Below are positions 61,532-64,000 of a stretch of DNA of 64,000 nucleotides, in pieces. The stretch is taken from assembly GCF_006345805.1 (NCBI RefSeq), contig NC_042999.1:68386001-68450000 (forward strand), written 5' to 3'. The stretch is from Octopus sinensis. Lineage: Eukaryota. The notes under the pieces were generated by a model. That model saw nothing but the letters and a program-made list of their open reading frames with translations. It searched no databases and was not told the origin of the DNA. Both the position numbers and the translations under genes were made by a program. Position 1 is the stretch's first letter; every line of letters starts with the position of its first letter.

Positions 61532-62164
61532 CTCCATGCTACCGATGTTGAACTAGGAAAAGCTGCCGTTCTAGGGCGAATACGGCTTGGCCCCAGTATT
61601 GTGGCAAGCGTTGCAGATAGAGAGTAAACAGACGGCACAAATACTGCCAGTTACCTTGACCGGCTCTTTAGCAGTTTCGCCATCCAACAGCTTCAAATCA
61701 ATTTTTATTTTGCTATGGAACCCCCTTAAAAATGAAATGTAAAGCTGACCTCAGAAGGATTTGAATTAAGAGCGCAGACTGTCGGAACAAATACCGCGAG
61801 ACATTCTACCTAACATTAACGACTAAGCCAATTCCCCAAATATTTCATCCCTTTTAAGCGATTCTAAAGCGACAAAGTTTAGGACAGCAGGACTTCCAAT
61901 TGTCGACTGAAACTTTGTAAGTGAAAATCTAAATAAAATTTGCTTTGAAGCCCATTCACCTGAACGAAATTAACTTTGACTGTCAGAATTAATTTACTGT
62001 CTGATTTAACATCAAAAACGAGCCCTGTTTTCCTGTATCCAACATGAACGACAAAACCAATCCACTGCATATAATTTCGTAAATAGTTTAGATTTTTAAG
62101 TTGAAGATTATCTCCCTTGGCTACTGCTCTTATGTTTCAAGTTGCGTTTACTGAAATTCCAGTA

Positions 62165-62367
62165 CAGTAATTCATCGACTATCGCGGGTGTTACGTTCTA
62201 AAACCTCTCACAGAAATAATTAAAATCTAAAAAAAATATAAATGCCTATCGGCTGCTGAAATATGCGATGAGGAGTCCGCGATATAAATTTACATATATT
62301 AGCCAGAAAAATCCGCTATCGTATTGATTGCGCGATAGGTGAACCACGATATGATGAGGGATTACTG
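62165..62367. mobile_element. pogo/Tigger-like MITE
   Basis: TA|CAGTAATTCATCGACTATCGCGG ... CCACGATATGATGAGGGATTACTG|TA. Confidence 0.7.
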
Positions 62368-62939
62368 TAAATATTTCTTTGCTTTTAGAAATGTTTCACT
62401 ATACACTATGTACAAACTTAATCGTCAGCCCTTCATCGTCTACTTTCCAGAACCCTTTTCGACCTTAATCTTATTCTAGCTTATCATACTTCTTTCTCTT
62501 TCTTTCACTATTTCATTTTCGTTCTTTTTTTTTTTTTGCCACCTGGCTTGCCTTCCTTCCATTTCTCCTTTTGATTTTCCTTCTATTTTTTTATTGGTTT
62601 CTTTTATATTTCTTCCATTCTTTCTCTTCTTTCATACGTTCTTTCGATCTTTCCTCCCTGTACTAATACCCCGTTCAGTGGACAATGTTAACTAATAACT
62701 TACTAAAGTGTGTGTTTAAGTGTTTACCCGGCCCAGAAAGAAAAAAAAGGCATAAGATTGCACAGGAGCAAACGAGTTAAATAAACACGACAAATCTGAA
62801 GACCAAAGCCTCGATACTACTGCTATATGGCTCGTATGTGTGTCTGTCGTCTCTACTGTCCAGGTAGTTTAATAAAGATTTTAATATTCGTGTGTATGTA
62901 TTGTATGCATGCATGTATGTATGTATACACACACATTGC

Positions 62940-63066
62940 TTTCCTCATTTCTTTTTGTAGAAGAGCGTAGGCTCGAAACGTTAAAGACTATTCCATTTTT
63001 CCTGTGTGTTAAATTTATTAACGTTGTTGCTCACCTGTCTGTCTTCTGTGTTTTTGTATAATTTTG

Positions 63067-63070
<4 letters not shown>
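62940..63070 (+). mobile_element. Penelope-type repeat family 5 (hammerhead 62951-62986, C3 changed to U)
   Basis: CTTT-TTGTAGA-A-GAGCGTAGGCTC-GAAA-CGT-T-AAAG. Confidence 0.65.
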
Positions 63071-63123
<53 letters not shown>

Positions 63124-63153
63124 CAAAATAAGCAACAAGGATATCCAAGGTAG

Positions 63154-63240
63154 TGTAGTACAATCGTTTCATGCTACTTCATTTTATTAAACAAGTAAGT
63201 ATTACATCAGTTTTAAAATGTAGAGCAATCTTCAGCCACA
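63154..63240 (-). ncRNA. Large-loop hammerhead-like motif, second copy
   Basis: TGTGG-CTGAAGA-TTGC..GCAT-GAAAC-GATT-GTA-CTACA; flanking tail GGATATCCTTGTTGCTTATTTTGATT is shared with 2704-2729. Confidence 0.6.
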
Positions 63241-63577
63241 TATAGAATTTTTTAATGAAATAGACAATGCACATTTTTATTTATTTTTACTTATTTCATT
63301 TGCCAACATTTCAAAGAGGGTAGATATATAGACAGAGAGGTTAATTTCATCATTAAGAACATGGTAGTAGAAGGTTCTTCTCCATCTGCAGAATTTTTAT
63401 CACTGAGTTCACTTTGCTATTTAGATTTATCAATGGGTAGGTTTTTTTTTATTTGGTTCAATGGAGACAAACAAGAATTTCTTCTATTTATAGATAGAGG
63501 AAAGGGTAGTACAAATATCAAAGCCATAAATCCAGCCCCATTATGAGGAATTTAACTCAGGCATATTTTAAAATACA

Positions 63578-63895
63578 TTAAAATAGTACTTATTTTATCG
63601 GTCTTTTGCCGAACTGCTAAGTTACGGGGATGTAAACACATCAGCATCGGTTGTCAAGCGATTTTTTGGGGAAAAACACAGATCCAAAAACATATACACA
63701 CATATACATACATATATATATACATATATAGCGACGGGATTCTTCCAGTTTCCGTCTACCAAATCCACTCACAAGGCTTTGGTCGACCCGAGACTATAGT
63801 AGAAGGCACTTGCTCAACGTGCCACGCAGTGGGACTGAACCCGGAACCATGTGGTTGGTAAGCAAGCTACTTACTACACATCCACTCCTACGCCT
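63578..63895 (-). mobile_element. SINE S1
   Basis: Reverse complement of the S1 head, CORE-like domain and part of the 3' half. Confidence 0.8.
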
Positions 63896-64000
63896 ATTTA
63901 TTGTTTCTTTTTACATTCGGTGAAAACCTCATACCCAAGGGTGGGATACTTAATCTCTGCCGTGCATATTGGCCAAGCAACTTCAGTTGCAACCCAACAT

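Overview
AT-rich, microsatellite-dense metazoan DNA. The repeat content (CORE-like and Nin/Deu-like tRNA SINEs, Dong/R4 and RTE LINE fragments, Helitrons, hAT, mariner) points to an octopus/coleoid cephalopod genome; this is inferred from recognised repeat motifs, not from a search. I could not identify any host protein-coding exon, and nearly all long ORFs in the track are artefacts of (TA)n/(CA)n/(TACA)n tracts. Real coding signal is limited to dead transposon genes: a near full-length frameshifted hAT (ZMYM1/Tip100-like) transposase at 22126-24260 inside an intact 3.8-kb element, three Tc1/mariner remnants, two RLE-type LINE ends and two RTE ends. Two patterns stand out. (1) About seven unrelated short repeat families each carry a minimal type I hammerhead ribozyme with palindromic stem III, often inside inverted-repeat architecture as in Penelope-like elements. 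They include G3-C8, U6 and large-loop core variants, and one tRNA-headed SINE ends in such a hammerhead tail. (2) In 4 of 4 cases a Helitron-like 5' module (D) is paired with a co-oriented complete Helitron (A) 1.0-1.8 kb downstream, with cargo between them, a CTAG|TC head-to-tail junction, and a 1.5-kb duplicated block ending exactly at CTAG. All coordinates were read by eye; SINE and fragment boundaries are approximate.
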